Sequence record: OP729297.1
Length of the DNA stretch: 64,000 nt
Strand: one strand, 5' to 3'
Shown here: positions 27,882 to 38,480 of the stretch, piece by piece
Layout of the letters: each line of letters starts with the position of its first letter
Position numbering within the stretch: position 1 is the first letter of the stretch
Made by a program: the position numbers and the translations under genes
Notes under the pieces: generated by a model
Seen by the model: only the letters and a program-made list of their open reading frames with translations
Databases searched by the model: none
Told to the model about the DNA's origin: nothing

Positions 27882-28427
27882 TTACTTTTTTACTTTCTTC
27901 ACCAGCTTCGCAGGCTTGTCTGCTTTGTCGCCTTTCTTAGCTTTGGTTGGAGCAGCGGTGCCGTACTTCTTAGCGGCCGCGTTTTCGTTTACAGTAGGAC
28001 GAACGTTGAAGCCAGGCAGAGCGGTGTTGATGTGAATCACTTCGCCGGTTTCGACAGAGGTTGCGTGAATCATGGCGCCGACGTATTTAACGGTGAAGCC
28101 TTTGTACTCACGAACCGGCGCGTTAACCAGAGCAGTAACACTACCGTGCTGACCGGCATCGCCCAGGATAGACAGGATTTGGTTCGGACCGAAGGTTGAG
28201 ATGATCTGCGCAGAAGAACCGTGGCCTTTTTTATGGCGGATGGTCACGCTGTTATCGGTGCGGTCAGTAATGAAACCAATCAGCTCAACAGCCTGAACTG
28301 TTTCGATCAGAATGTCGTGCGGCAGTTCAGCAGGCTTCACTTTAGAGGTGCTAATGGAACCAGATTTTTTAGCGATGCGAGAAGCCAGGGTAGGTGCCAG
28401 TGAAGTGCCTTTAGTTACTTTAGCCAT
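27882..28427 (-). CDS. Hypothetical basic protein
   Basis: 181 aa from MAKVTKG; Lys-rich tail. Confidence 0.75.
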   Translation of the reverse strand: MAKVTKGTSLAPTLASRIAKKSGSISTSKVKPAELPHDILIETVQAVELIGFITDRTDNSVTIRHKKGHGSSAQIISTFGPNQILSILGDAGQHGSVTALVNAPVREYKGFTVKYVGAMIHATSVETGEVIHINTALPGFNVRPTVNENAAAKKYGTAAPTKAKKGDKADKPAKLVKKVKK

Positions 28428-28526
28428 TTGTTTAATGCTCCGGGATTTATAAAGTGTGAGCGTATCGCTCGGTTCGAACTTCAATTAGTGTTTACAGTTT
28501 CGATTGCAGGTAACTTTTACAGATTA

Positions 28527-29357
28527 TTAAAAGCTATCACGAATCAGATGCGTACAAATTTTCAGAAGTGTTTCGCAGAACAATTCTTCGTAATCATCGT
28601 CATCTTCGAGATGGTCAATAGCATCGCTCTCAAATGCGATAGGCAACCAGTCGAAGGCCTGACAAATGTTACGTGCGGCGAAGCCCATGTGGGCAGAGTT
28701 ATTCTTCGCCTCCCACACCCAATGTAACATCTTACGTGACTGTTCATACTGGGTGTCTTTGAGGAACAGGTCGATGTTCGCTCGGATGTAATTATTGAGT
28801 TCCCCCAGCAGCGCAGCGCTTGCAGGAGCGTCGGCACCAACAGCAGAACAATACATTGCGACAGAGCGATACAGAGAAGGCTGTTTGATTACCACGTCGG
28901 TGCGGTTCAAATCAGCAAGCGCTCTGGCCACTTTGTTCGTTTCACGGTTTACAGAACCGTGTGCGAGTTGCTGTACGACATTGTGATAGTGGCTAATGCC
29001 AGCACACATTATCATATGCAGAGCAAACGGCAGCGGATTCGCTTGCTTCTGTTTACTCTTTACAGATTCGTTTTCAGCTTGCAGCTTTTTAAGCTCGGCT
29101 GTTTGTTCGTTGCAGAAGCCAACCACTTCTTTAATGCGTTCATCGCGCAGTGCGATTTCAACGGCGTGTTGGCGTACTTTACGTCTGAGTGCGACACGCA
29201 GCACTGTGCTGCGGCTTACTTCATCCTCTAAGACGTTCTCCACATCTTTCTTATCACCAATAGCTTCTTCAAGCTCGTTGGTCAGTTCGCGGATTTTATC
29301 GTCACGGGTACTAATCATCTGTACGATGTTAGCTTCGTGGTCTACTTCTTGTGTCAT
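28527..29357 (-). CDS. Hypothetical coiled-coil protein
   Basis: 276 aa with heptad N-terminal half. Confidence 0.75.
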   Translation of the reverse strand: MTQEVDHEANIVQMISTRDDKIRELTNELEEAIGDKKDVENVLEDEVSRSTVLRVALRRKVRQHAVEIALRDERIKEVVGFCNEQTAELKKLQAENESVKSKQKQANPLPFALHMIMCAGISHYHNVVQQLAHGSVNRETNKVARALADLNRTDVVIKQPSLYRSVAMYCSAVGADAPASAALLGELNNYIRANIDLFLKDTQYEQSRKMLHWVWEAKNNSAHMGFAARNICQAFDWLPIAFESDAIDHLEDDDDYEELFCETLLKICTHLIRDSF

Positions 29358-29372
29358 GTTTACAGATCCCCA

Positions 29373-29402
29373 AGAAAAGTAAGCGGCCCTTTCGAGCCGC
29401 TC
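29373..29402 (-). terminator. Rho-independent terminator
   Basis: AGCGGCTC-GAAA-GGGCCGCT followed by TACTTTTCTT. Confidence 0.8.
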
Positions 29403-29414
29403 AATCAGACGATA

Positions 29415-32400
29415 TTACTCGTCGTCGCCTTCGTCTTCTGCGGACTCGTCTTCTTCGTCCTCAGGAGAGCACAGCACCAGCACGGTCAGGTCACCGCCGT
29501 TGTCGAACGTTGCAGCAGCCAGACCACCAGACAGCACAGCCAGCGGCAGGTCACGAGAGTCCAGCGCACTTGCTACTTCGATCACGTCTTCGGCATCGTC
29601 GAAGTTCGCAGCGTCAGCAGCAGAGTAGGACTGTACGTTTTCCATGGCGCGCAGTGCGGTCAGCGCTTCGAACAGGCGGTCGTTGTTCAGCAGGGCAGCG
29701 GACTCCATAGTGAAGCCAGCGTACACTTTGATACCTTCGACTGTTTCAGCCAGAGAGATAACGCGGTTAACAGCAGCCTGCACCAGACGTGAAACTTCGG
29801 AGTCACCCCAGAAGCCTGGGACAGCTACGTTCATCACGGTGGTGTGCAGCGCAACGTGTGCGGTGTCAACCTGAACAGGACGAACGCGAGACTTAGCACT
29901 GTACAGGCTAGCCAGCGGCAAATGATCACCCTGCATTTCGTCCAGACCGTCTTCGTCGAGATAGCCCATCTCAGCAGCCTGAGCCATTTCTTCTTCGTCG
30001 ATGAAGTCACCAACAATCAGACCCGCTTCGGTAGGGTCCATACCGTCTTCAATGCGGCCGGCGTACAGGTTCGCATCGAGGTCCTGCTTGATGGTCTGCT
30101 CCAGGCTTTCCGCCCACGTTTCAATATCAAACGTTTTAGGGTTAGCGAGGAAGCGAGTAGTACCGACGCGCTCCAGAATATCCAGAATAGACTGAGCTGG
30201 CAGGTGCATAGAGCCAGGCGCTTTACCAGGTTTACCCAGATTGAACGGGTAGCGGTAGTTGAAGCCGCCAACGTCAGACAGTTCGCTTTCAATCGGACCG
30301 TAGGTGTTACCGTCAGTCAGAGTGAAGTTGATGATCAGCGTCTGGTCCATATCGACAGACAGCATCGGGCCGACGGAGTTGGTGGTGTCAACGTCTTTAA
30401 CGAATTTCAGATGATCGTTAGTTTCAGACTCAGCAGCCTGCTCGGCGCTGTCTTCTTCGTCTTCTTCTTCGTCATCCACGAAGTCGCCTTCTTCATCTTC
30501 GGCTTCTTCGTCGCTTTCGCCTTCGTCTTCCTGATCGGCAGATTCGTCATCGGCCAGGAACTCAGGCAGCACAGCCAGCAGCGCGTCAACAAACGACAGA
30601 CCGTCTTCGTCAGCAATCTCTGACAGGTCAACACCGTAGTTGGTTGCGATTTCTTCAACAGCCGCGAAGTCATCTTCGCTACCGCCGTTAATGATCGCTT
30701 CGATCATTTCGTCAGCAGTTTCGCATTCATCGACCAGAATGCCCAGGCTTTCTGCTACGTGCTGAATTGTAGCGTCGTCGTACTGGCGCAGCAGCTCAAC
30801 AACTTGCTCGGCGTTAGAGGTTTCAACTTCTTCGGCTTCAACTTCTTCGTTGGCCTGACCCTGGATGCGGGTGAACGCTTTCATTACCTGAACGATGGTC
30901 ATCGTTGAGGCGTCTTCGCCCATAGCAGTAACAGCGGCAGCGCGTTGTTCGGCAGTCAGCATACCGCCAGCAAACTGGAAGTAGTCGAGAGGATCGGTAA
31001 CAGCGTCGATCTGGTGCTGCACTTCGTCTTCGTCTTCGTCTTCTTCTTCGCTGTCTTCGGACTCGTCTTCTTCCGATTCTTCTTCATCGGATTCTTCTTC
31101 GTCTTCTTCGTCTTCTTCGTCAGAAGACAGAGCGGCCAGCATGTTAGGGCAGGCGATTTCGTGCTCTTGCAGAGCGCCGACGAAGGTGTTCAGCAGTTCA
31201 ATCATTTCCTGCTCGGTTGCACCTTCAACAACTTCCAGCAGTTTCGCAGTCAGAGTTTCAACGGTGTCTTTCTTCATCACCGGAATATCCTGAGTGCGGA
31301 TCAGAACTTTCAGACCGGCGCGATCAAGCTCTTCGGCGACCAGCACAGAAGCGAGGAACTGAACAGCATCGAAGTCTTCTTCTTCGCCATCTTCTTCCTC
31401 TTCTTCTTCGTCTTCCGCAGAGTCATCGGCGGAGTCGTCACCGCTTTCGCTTTTTTCCAGCCAGATGGCCTGCTCAGTTTCGAACGATTCGCGGATGCCG
31501 TCTTCGTTCATCGCGTCCAGCGTATAGCCGATAGCTTCAAGCGCTTCGGACATTTGTTCGATGCTCAAGGTTTCAGCCTTGTAACCAAACAGGTCCGTGC
31601 CGGCCGCGACTTCTTCTTCGCTGCCTTCGTTCTGATCTACAACTTCGTCTTCGGCATCGAAGTCTTCGTTCAGATTAACCGGCGTTGCGTTAGTAGGTTG
31701 TTTCACGTTCAGTTCTCCGTTATTTGGAATTGCAGCAACGATCTCGCCGCCAATGGTTTGCATGATGAAAGTACGCACAGCGCCGGACAGCACAGTAACA
31801 GGATTGGCCGGCAACGCGCTGTAGTCGATTACTGCTTTATCGAAAGCGCCGTCAGTTTCATCAATGCTTGTGATATTTACAGTTTGCAGATTTTCCACCT
31901 GCGCGGCCAATGCGCGGATGTACGGACCAGCTTTGCTTTCTTCGACAATCGAGATGGAGTGAACGCCAAACTCGGCTGCGAGGTCCGCGAGATCTGTTTC
32001 GCCAGCACTGAACAGAGCAAGCGACAGACTGCCGTGCATCTCCGACACTGCTTTATTTACAGTATACGAAACGATGACTGCATCGCCTTCACCCACTTTG
32101 ATGCGCTCGTCGATACGAGTAGGCACACCGTTGTTTGGATGCAGGATGTAGTACGCGCTGTTTTGGTCAGTCGAAGGACCAGATGCGCGTTCGATCAGAT
32201 TTGGCAGACGGTCCATCACTTTGCCTTCGATCTGCTTTTCGTGCAGTTGCTCACTGGCGCTCATATAAGAGAAGCGGCCGTGTGCGTTAAGCGAAGTCAA
32301 AACAACGATGGTACATTTGTTGATGTGGCCCGACTCAGACGAGTTAGCGCGACGTTGTTCATCAGCGATCTGGCGTTGAGTCTCAGAACCGAATGTTGCA

Positions 32401-32426
32401 GCAGCGCCCAGGTTATTATTAGACAT
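29415..32426 (-). CDS. Large polyacidic protein (1003 aa)
   Basis: Several D/E tracts separating short helix-extension-helix-like segments. Confidence 0.8.
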   Translation of the reverse strand: MSNNNLGAAATFGSETQRQIADEQRRANSSESGHINKCTIVVLTSLNAHGRFSYMSASEQLHEKQIEGKVMDRLPNLIERASGPSTDQNSAYYILHPNNGVPTRIDERIKVGEGDAVIVSYTVNKAVSEMHGSLSLALFSAGETDLADLAAEFGVHSISIVEESKAGPYIRALAAQVENLQTVNITSIDETDGAFDKAVIDYSALPANPVTVLSGAVRTFIMQTIGGEIVAAIPNNGELNVKQPTNATPVNLNEDFDAEDEVVDQNEGSEEEVAAGTDLFGYKAETLSIEQMSEALEAIGYTLDAMNEDGIRESFETEQAIWLEKSESGDDSADDSAEDEEEEEEDGEEEDFDAVQFLASVLVAEELDRAGLKVLIRTQDIPVMKKDTVETLTAKLLEVVEGATEQEMIELLNTFVGALQEHEIACPNMLAALSSDEEDEEDEEESDEEESEEDESEDSEEEDEDEDEVQHQIDAVTDPLDYFQFAGGMLTAEQRAAAVTAMGEDASTMTIVQVMKAFTRIQGQANEEVEAEEVETSNAEQVVELLRQYDDATIQHVAESLGILVDECETADEMIEAIINGGSEDDFAAVEEIATNYGVDLSEIADEDGLSFVDALLAVLPEFLADDESADQEDEGESDEEAEDEEGDFVDDEEEDEEDSAEQAAESETNDHLKFVKDVDTTNSVGPMLSVDMDQTLIINFTLTDGNTYGPIESELSDVGGFNYRYPFNLGKPGKAPGSMHLPAQSILDILERVGTTRFLANPKTFDIETWAESLEQTIKQDLDANLYAGRIEDGMDPTEAGLIVGDFIDEEEMAQAAEMGYLDEDGLDEMQGDHLPLASLYSAKSRVRPVQVDTAHVALHTTVMNVAVPGFWGDSEVSRLVQAAVNRVISLAETVEGIKVYAGFTMESAALLNNDRLFEALTALRAMENVQSYSAADAANFDDAEDVIEVASALDSRDLPLAVLSGGLAAATFDNGGDLTVLVLCSPEDEEDESAEDEGDDE

Positions 32427-32453
32427 TTGTGTTATCTCCTCAGATAAGGTTGT

Positions 32454-33734
32454 CTACAGTGACCAGACGCGACTTGCGCCTTTGCGGTCATACGTAAGGA
32501 TAGACTTCTTCAAACTACTATTAACAGTGTTGACTGTAGTGAATCCCCACCGAGTGAGAATTTTATTCACATCGTCAAGACCAGACGATACCGACATGTA
32601 CGTACTGCGGTCCATGATAGTACCACAATCTACGGCGGCAAACAGAGCACGGGCTGCGGCGAACTTCTTCGCTGCATGGTGGTTCTCTTTCTTCTCGAAC
32701 TTGTCGAAAGCGTCCATGAACTCTTTACGCTTCTGGAAGAAGTCGTTAGCTTTCTGGAGCTTCTCAGCTTGCTCAGGCTTGAGCGTTCGAGTCGTGCTAC
32801 CGTACTTGGCAATCACTGCGTTCCACTTCGGAGCCTGCTCGTTCAACGCAACACGTTCGTCCAGCAGTGCCTGATATTCAGGGCTGCGGCGATCAGCATA
32901 CTTGTCGTTTGACAGCAACGTCAGGTACGGGTCGTCGTCGATATCCTGCAGTTCGCGGAAGTTAGAAACAGAATCACCTTCTGTCCAGTAAACCATGCCC
33001 ATGACCATCGCATACATGCTCTTGCCACGCAGCGCTTTCGACTTGAACTCTTTCGGTGCAGCTTTGAACTCAGGTCGTAACGCTATCTGTGCGAACGGCA
33101 TCGGATAACCAAGCGGGCTTATCGTGAATGCGTCACACAAAGTAAATGTGGCTTGCTCATGATTCGTGTTCTGGTAGATGAACACGACAGGAATACCATC
33201 AGGCACTTTCACCTTGTTCGCATAGCCGTCTTCTTTCAGATGAATGAAGGACTGCATGTTGAGCATGTTCGCCGTGTAAGCGGCAGGCATCAACCAGCGA
33301 CTTCCCGCGAAGCTATGACGATGCTTGCGGTGGTATTCGTTAATCAGTTTGCGGATATACTTGATACCCACACCCTTCTTATCGTTTTCCTGGCAGTAGT
33401 CTTTCAGGTACACCGCAATGTCATGTTGCTTCGGTACACCAAGCCCTAGCTCAAACAGCGCAGCCAGACTGGACGACGCGCTTTTGCTTTGGGTGTCACG
33501 TACTTCACGCACAAGCCGCTGTACGGTTGCGGAATGAATGCGAGGTACGAATGCAGTTGTGATTGTACCGCTACGACGCTGTTCGCCGCGGTTGGTTACT
33601 GTGTGCCGAACTTCAATTGCATGTTTCGACTTTTTCAAATAGTCGGGGCAGTCAAGCCGCACCAGATATTTAGATTCAGCCACAGACAAGAGCAACTGTC
33701 TCTGGTCGTGGTTGAATACGTGGTCATAAAACAT
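32454..33734 (-). CDS. Hypothetical protein
   Basis: 426-aa ORF. Confidence 0.75.
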   Translation of the reverse strand: MFYDHVFNHDQRQLLLSVAESKYLVRLDCPDYLKKSKHAIEVRHTVTNRGEQRRSGTITTAFVPRIHSATVQRLVREVRDTQSKSASSSLAALFELGLGVPKQHDIAVYLKDYCQENDKKGVGIKYIRKLINEYHRKHRHSFAGSRWLMPAAYTANMLNMQSFIHLKEDGYANKVKVPDGIPVVFIYQNTNHEQATFTLCDAFTISPLGYPMPFAQIALRPEFKAAPKEFKSKALRGKSMYAMVMGMVYWTEGDSVSNFRELQDIDDDPYLTLLSNDKYADRRSPEYQALLDERVALNEQAPKWNAVIAKYGSTTRTLKPEQAEKLQKANDFFQKRKEFMDAFDKFEKKENHHAAKKFAAARALFAAVDCGTIMDRSTYMSVSSGLDDVNKILTRWGFTTVNTVNSSLKKSILTYDRKGASRVWSL

Positions 33735-34185
33735 TGTATCCCTCTACTGTTTTCGCATCAGTCACAAACTGCGGATAACCATCGGCTACAACTACTTCAA
33801 ACAGAGATTCGATGGCAGACTGGCTCAATGCGTTTGTGCGCACATGCTCCCAAGGAATCGCTACAACCTCGTCACCAGCATAATCACTGGCCGACGTATG
33901 CGGCATAATTAGTAATCCCAGTGGAATCTTGTGCAATCTACAGAACGCATTAAGTTCTTTTACAGTTTTATGCAATGCGCTCTGGTTCGCTTGATTTGCC
34001 TTACCCGTGTCAGCAATAGACGTCAGGTAATTGTAGTTCGCAACGTTCAATAACATTTGCTGGCTGATAACAGTAGGGTTAACACCGATGGTACCCAGAA
34101 TAAACTCAGCTACCAGCTTCTGAGCTTCTTCTGGTGAAGACGGCCTGTAGCCGCCACGACTAATTACAACTTTCGACTTTTTCAT
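33724..34185 (-). CDS. Hypothetical protein
   Basis: 153-aa overlapping ORF. Confidence 0.7.
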   Translation of the reverse strand: MKKSKVVISRGGYRPSSPEEAQKLVAEFILGTIGVNPTVISQQMLLNVANYNYLTSIADTGKANQANQSALHKTVKELNAFCRLHKIPLGLLIMPHTSASDYAGDEVVAIPWEHVRTNALSQSAIESLFEVVVADGYPQFVTDAKTVEGYNVL

Positions 34186-34562
34186 GATGGCTCCCGAAGA
34201 TCTGGCTCATATGATTTCCACACATGTTCAACGAGTGCTTGCCATTCATCAAGTGTCAGGCGCTTCCCAGTGAGCTTGTAGTATTCAGAGAAGAACTTCT
34301 TCGCAGGAGCCTTCTCGTCGTTTGCCCGCGACACATAAAGAGCAGCTAACGGTGGGCGGCCGTTAGCGATATCAAGACGCATGGTCTTCACTACAAATTC
34401 CCACAGCGCGTGATACTGTGCCGTGCTCACGTTAAGCTGGAGACCAAACACCGCAGGTGACAGGTCAGAGTAGTACACGTAGGTTTTGAGTATCGCGGCC
34501 GTTGTCAGCCGCGAATAGATTTGAGCGAATACACCAGACAAAACGATTTCGTTGTTTGTCAT
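34182..34562 (-). CDS. Hypothetical protein
   Basis: 126-aa ORF with 4-nt overlaps. Confidence 0.7.
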   Translation of the reverse strand: MTNNEIVLSGVFAQIYSRLTTAAILKTYVYYSDLSPAVFGLQLNVSTAQYHALWEFVVKTMRLDIANGRPPLAALYVSRANDEKAPAKKFFSEYYKLTGKRLTLDEWQALVEHVWKSYEPDLREPS

Positions 34563-35791
34563 ACGCTGGCATCCAGTTCAGAGGTTTTGCCCAGGGTCAG
34601 GTTGAACGTGCTGTCAACATTAGCATGGGCCATCACACATTCAGCACCGTCTTTGTCGATGAAGACAGGACCCGTCATATCGCAAGTCAGGAACATCAAC
34701 TCAACGCCGTTCGGCTTGTAGACGATCAGGCCGCGCTTCACGTCAGAAGATTTGATACCCAGCTTTTTGGCGATGACTGCTTTCGATGCTTTCGAATGCT
34801 CTTTCAGCGCTGGCATATCTTTCTTGCCTGGCTTAATGAGCTTGATCGTCATCTTGCGAATACGCTTGGTGATTTCTTTTTCCGAAGCGTATGTAGGCAC
34901 GGCAAGTTTATGCTTTGCCTTCTTTGATTTCACTTTCGGGTTCTCGATGGACTTATCGAGAGACAGCTTGAGGTTGCCCATCAGAGTTTGAATGGCAACA
35001 TCGTAGAATTTCACGTCGAGGTCAAGCGCACTAAGTACGCGCTCAATCTGCGAACGATTCAACGTCAGGGCGCCGTCTTGAATCAGACGTTTCAACGCGA
35101 CAGGCATCTGCTTGATGAACGTGTCTTGCGTTACGCTGGCGTTCAGGCGATTCACTGCGGTCTGTGCAGCTTTGCGGCCCATGTGTTTGATAACACCAGC
35201 ACCGCCGTGTTTCTTCACATCTTTCCAGTCCATGTCAAACGCTTCGCTCAACATCTTGCGGCGGTCTTTCGTATTCGCGTCGGCGATGGTTGCGTCGATG
35301 ATGCCAGCCAGTTCAGCTTTACGATCAACTTTATCAGACGGCAGCATGTCGATTTCGTCTTTCGACGCGGCGACTTCTGCTTTACGCTCTTTCTTGGTGC
35401 GCTTGTCTTTGTTACGTTCGCGGGTAGCTTTCACGCCGCCTTTCACTTTCGCAGTTTTCACAGCAGGCTTGCCTGTCTCAGGGTCGATGTAGACCAGATT
35501 GCCGAAGTCAGGCTTGATAGTGTCAACGTCGATTTCGTCGTTGCGCAGATCTTTCTGCTGGCGCTTGTTCAGCTTAACGGTGATACCGTCAATCAGAACG
35601 TGCTCGGCTTTCGCATACGGCTGTTCGATCTCTTTCAGAGTTTTACCAGCAAGCACGATACGCTTCACCGGAATCTGCGGACCTTTCGCGTCGGTGCTAT
35701 AACCGTTAGCGTTTACTTTGTTGATGAAAGTGGTGGTGCCATCCAGACGACGTACACGGGCATTCAACAGGTTTGCATTTGCGTTTGACAT
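34559..35791 (-). CDS. Hypothetical Lys-rich protein
   Basis: ~410 aa from MSNANA after GAGGA. Confidence 0.75.
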   Translation of the reverse strand: MSNANANLLNARVRRLDGTTTFINKVNANGYSTDAKGPQIPVKRIVLAGKTLKEIEQPYAKAEHVLIDGITVKLNKRQQKDLRNDEIDVDTIKPDFGNLVYIDPETGKPAVKTAKVKGGVKATRERNKDKRTKKERKAEVAASKDEIDMLPSDKVDRKAELAGIIDATIADANTKDRRKMLSEAFDMDWKDVKKHGGAGVIKHMGRKAAQTAVNRLNASVTQDTFIKQMPVALKRLIQDGALTLNRSQIERVLSALDLDVKFYDVAIQTLMGNLKLSLDKSIENPKVKSKKAKHKLAVPTYASEKEITKRIRKMTIKLIKPGKKDMPALKEHSKASKAVIAKKLGIKSSDVKRGLIVYKPNGVELMFLTCDMTGPVFIDKDGAECVMAHANVDSTFNLTLGKTSELDASV

Positions 35792-35879
35792 AGTGTGATT
35801 CCTCAATCAGCTTAGTTGTCAGAGATGCGGCTCTGTCTGAACCGCATCTTACTTCAAGTTTTCGTATTACAGGTCGATC

Positions 35880-37508
35880 TTATTTCAGCAGCTTGCGCAG
35901 TTGTGCGGCTTTCATGTTCTCAGCTTTACGCACAGTGGTCAGGCCGGCTTCAACAACGCGGTCACGCAGTTCGTCTTCGGACAGGTCTTCCAGATCTTCG
36001 GACGGCAGGTCGTTAAACTCGAAGTCGTCTTCTTCTTCGCCGTCTTCTTCTTCGCCATCTTCTTCATCTTCGAAGTCGTTTTCTTCACCGTCTTCTTCTT
36101 CACCGTCTTCTTCTGAATCGTCAGCTTCACCGCTATCGATCACAGGGCTAAAGTCGGTCAGAGTTTTGATATCGGCTTTGCTATACACCAGCACGTTATC
36201 ATCTTCGTCTGCATCATCAGACAGGTCGATAACCAGCAGACCGCCTTTGCTATCGCAGCCGAGGTAAGCGAAAGTAGTTTCGCCGTCAGTTAACATCAGG
36301 CCTGGGGCCAGAGCTTCTTCATCAACACCGAAGCGTTCAGCCAGCGCAGCGTGATACTTGGCGGTTACTTTCTTGTTGACCAGTTCGAGTTGATCAGCAT
36401 CGACTGCGACGAACTCGTATTCGGCATCTTGCGGTTCGCCGTCTTCTTCTTCGCCATCGTCTTCTTCACCGTCTTCTTCGTCTTCGGAGGATTCTTCCTC
36501 TTCTTCTTCCTCCTCGATTTCATCTTCATCTTCAATTTCATCTTCTTCCTCTTCTTCGCTTTCATCAGCGACGATTTCGAAGTCGGCCAGTTTGTCGGCA
36601 CCGAATGATTTGAAGCCGTCAGTGTCGGCGCTATACATCAGCGCTTTGCCTGCATGTTTCGCAGACTCACCGACGAACACGAACTCAGTACCTTCGCTGG
36701 TCAACACGGTACCAGGCAGCAGGTCGTTCGCGTCTTCAAGGTCGAAGGCCGCTTTGATTGCTTTCGCCAGCACTTTGCCAATCTTCTTGGCAGCGAGCTT
36801 GGCCGCACGTTTCGCAACAGCTTCGTCCAGCTCAGGCGCAGCAGCAACAGTTTTAACAGGCGCAGCGTATTGCAGGTTCAGCGTAATCTGGAGCACGTTA
36901 CCTTCAGGCGCATACTCAGCACCGTAAGTAACGTCCAGTGCGTTAGCGATCGGCGTTTTGTTATCAGCGCACACTTTTGCAACGTCAGAGTTAAGCACGT
37001 AATGGGCCAGACGTTGAGCAACTGCATCGGTCAGCGACTCGTCTACAGCTTCGATCTCAACAGCAGGCTTGGCTTTGCCGCCTTTGATGATAGCGTGAGC
37101 CAAATTCTGGTAATCTTCGGATTGCTCTTCGGAAGATTTACGACGAACTTTCGGCTCTTTGTCTTTCGACGGCTTCGCGTCTTTCTTGCCAGAAGTTTTC
37201 TTTGTACCAGCTTTCTTGCCAGACGCTTTCGGCGCGGCAGCTTCTTTCTTGGCAGTTTTCTTACCAGACGCTTTCGCATCTTTCAGCTTAACATAACCTT
37301 CGCCTGTATCTTCCAGCTGGCTCATGTTCATGCGCTCGATTTCGCGGAAGTGAGAGCCTTCTTTGATGATGCAGCGGGTGGCGATACGCTTGGTCAGGCC
37401 CTTCACTTTATAGCCAGACGCGATTGCATCTTCGATTTTAGATTTGGTGCCGTTCAGCAGGACGATAGTTTTGCCAACCAGGTTAGTGTTAGTTTCGATA
37501 CGTGCCAT
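35880..37508 (-). CDS. Basic/polyacidic protein with C-terminal module copy
   Basis: K/A-rich segment, D/E tracts, ends LEDLSEDELRDRVVEAGLTTVRKAENMKAAQLRKLLK. Confidence 0.8.
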   Translation of the reverse strand: MARIETNTNLVGKTIVLLNGTKSKIEDAIASGYKVKGLTKRIATRCIIKEGSHFREIERMNMSQLEDTGEGYVKLKDAKASGKKTAKKEAAAPKASGKKAGTKKTSGKKDAKPSKDKEPKVRRKSSEEQSEDYQNLAHAIIKGGKAKPAVEIEAVDESLTDAVAQRLAHYVLNSDVAKVCADNKTPIANALDVTYGAEYAPEGNVLQITLNLQYAAPVKTVAAAPELDEAVAKRAAKLAAKKIGKVLAKAIKAAFDLEDANDLLPGTVLTSEGTEFVFVGESAKHAGKALMYSADTDGFKSFGADKLADFEIVADESEEEEEDEIEDEDEIEEEEEEEESSEDEEDGEEDDGEEEDGEPQDAEYEFVAVDADQLELVNKKVTAKYHAALAERFGVDEEALAPGLMLTDGETTFAYLGCDSKGGLLVIDLSDDADEDDNVLVYSKADIKTLTDFSPVIDSGEADDSEEDGEEEDGEENDFEDEEDGEEEDGEEEDDFEFNDLPSEDLEDLSEDELRDRVVEAGLTTVRKAENMKAAQLRKLLK

Positions 37509-37564
37509 GATTAATACTCCTCAGTATATGTTTTTGTGTGTGACGCACTATTGCGTCTGAATCT

Positions 37565-37618
37565 ATTATAGCATAGGTGGCCGTCAGATAACAACCACGA
37601 TTTTGTCCAGTTTTCTGC
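37565..37618 (-). promoter_or_regulatory. Conserved phage promoter P3
   Basis: GCA GAAAA CTGGAC, 34 nt, TATAAT preceded by TGC; followed by hairpin GACGCA-ATAG-TGCGTC. Confidence 0.8.
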
Positions 37619-37670
37619 ATACTTCGCAGATAGCAGGGCAGCTATATTTCACTGCCCCGCTCGTTATTGC

Positions 37671-38480
37671 TTATGCGCGGTAGTAGCTATACAGCTTCAC
37701 TACGTCATTGTCAGACAGCTTGACGGCAGCTTCTGGCTTGATGATTTGCGCAGCTACCAGATACTTGCGCATCTTAGCAACAGCAGCGGCGTTATCATCT
37801 TCTTCTTCGTCAGATTCTTCTTCGTCGCCATACTCGACGTTCTCAGGAATCTCCTCTTCATCTTCTTCGAGGTGCGCACCGTCAAGCAGAACTTCTGTTC
37901 TGGTTGTCACGGCAGCAGACGTTTCGCCAATACGATCAGAACTGATATCAGCACGAATCACTTGCGTACTGTTTTCAGGCAGTCGAACGAAAATCCAATC
38001 AGGAGAATCGTGTTCGACATACACCCACTGACCGAACTCTTTGCAGAGGTCCATATCGGTCAGAATATCGTTAACCAGCGACGGGATTTTAGTGAAGCGC
38101 GTATTCTTGAGGTCACGCAAGGCGCCTTCAATCTTACGACGAGACACTTTGATGATACCCGTAGCAGCCGCTTCCGCGTCAGTCGTAACCTTCCATGCTG
38201 ATAAGATTGCGTGAACCAGATTGAACACGCGTTCCTCGTCACGAATTTTCGTCTGCGTGTCCGGGAGACGTTCGCCCGTAGCTTTCGATTTGTAACCGTA
38301 GCCAGGAGGCAGTTGACGTGGTTTAGCGGAAGACGGCCCGCGTGGTGTTGGGCGTTTCTTCTCACCTTCGTTCTCAGGACGCTCGCTAGGCTTTTTGCCT
38401 TTAACGCGCTTTGGCGAGTTCTTAGCGGCGCGAGCGCGGGAGAATTTGTCTTCTGTCTTAGGGCGTGAAGTATTAGGCAT
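37671..38480 (-). CDS. Hypothetical protein with basic N-terminus and acidic C-terminus
   Basis: 269 aa after AGGA. Confidence 0.75.
   Translation of the reverse strand: MPNTSRPKTEDKFSRARAAKNSPKRVKGKKPSERPENEGEKKRPTPRGPSSAKPRQLPPGYGYKSKATGERLPDTQTKIRDEERVFNLVHAILSAWKVTTDAEAAATGIIKVSRRKIEGALRDLKNTRFTKIPSLVNDILTDMDLCKEFGQWVYVEHDSPDWIFVRLPENSTQVIRADISSDRIGETSAAVTTRTEVLLDGAHLEEDEEEIPENVEYGDEEESDEEEDDNAAAVAKMRKYLVAAQIIKPEAAVKLSDNDVVKLYSYYRA

Noticed and set aside
26224-37514. Long plus-strand ORFs (e.g. 27016..27756, 27068..27862, 30945..32447, 36654..37514) rich in Phe/Val/Ser/Arg
   Set aside because: Antisense shadows of low-complexity GAA/GAC/AAA tracts in minus-strand genes; no RBS, and they completely overlap real genes
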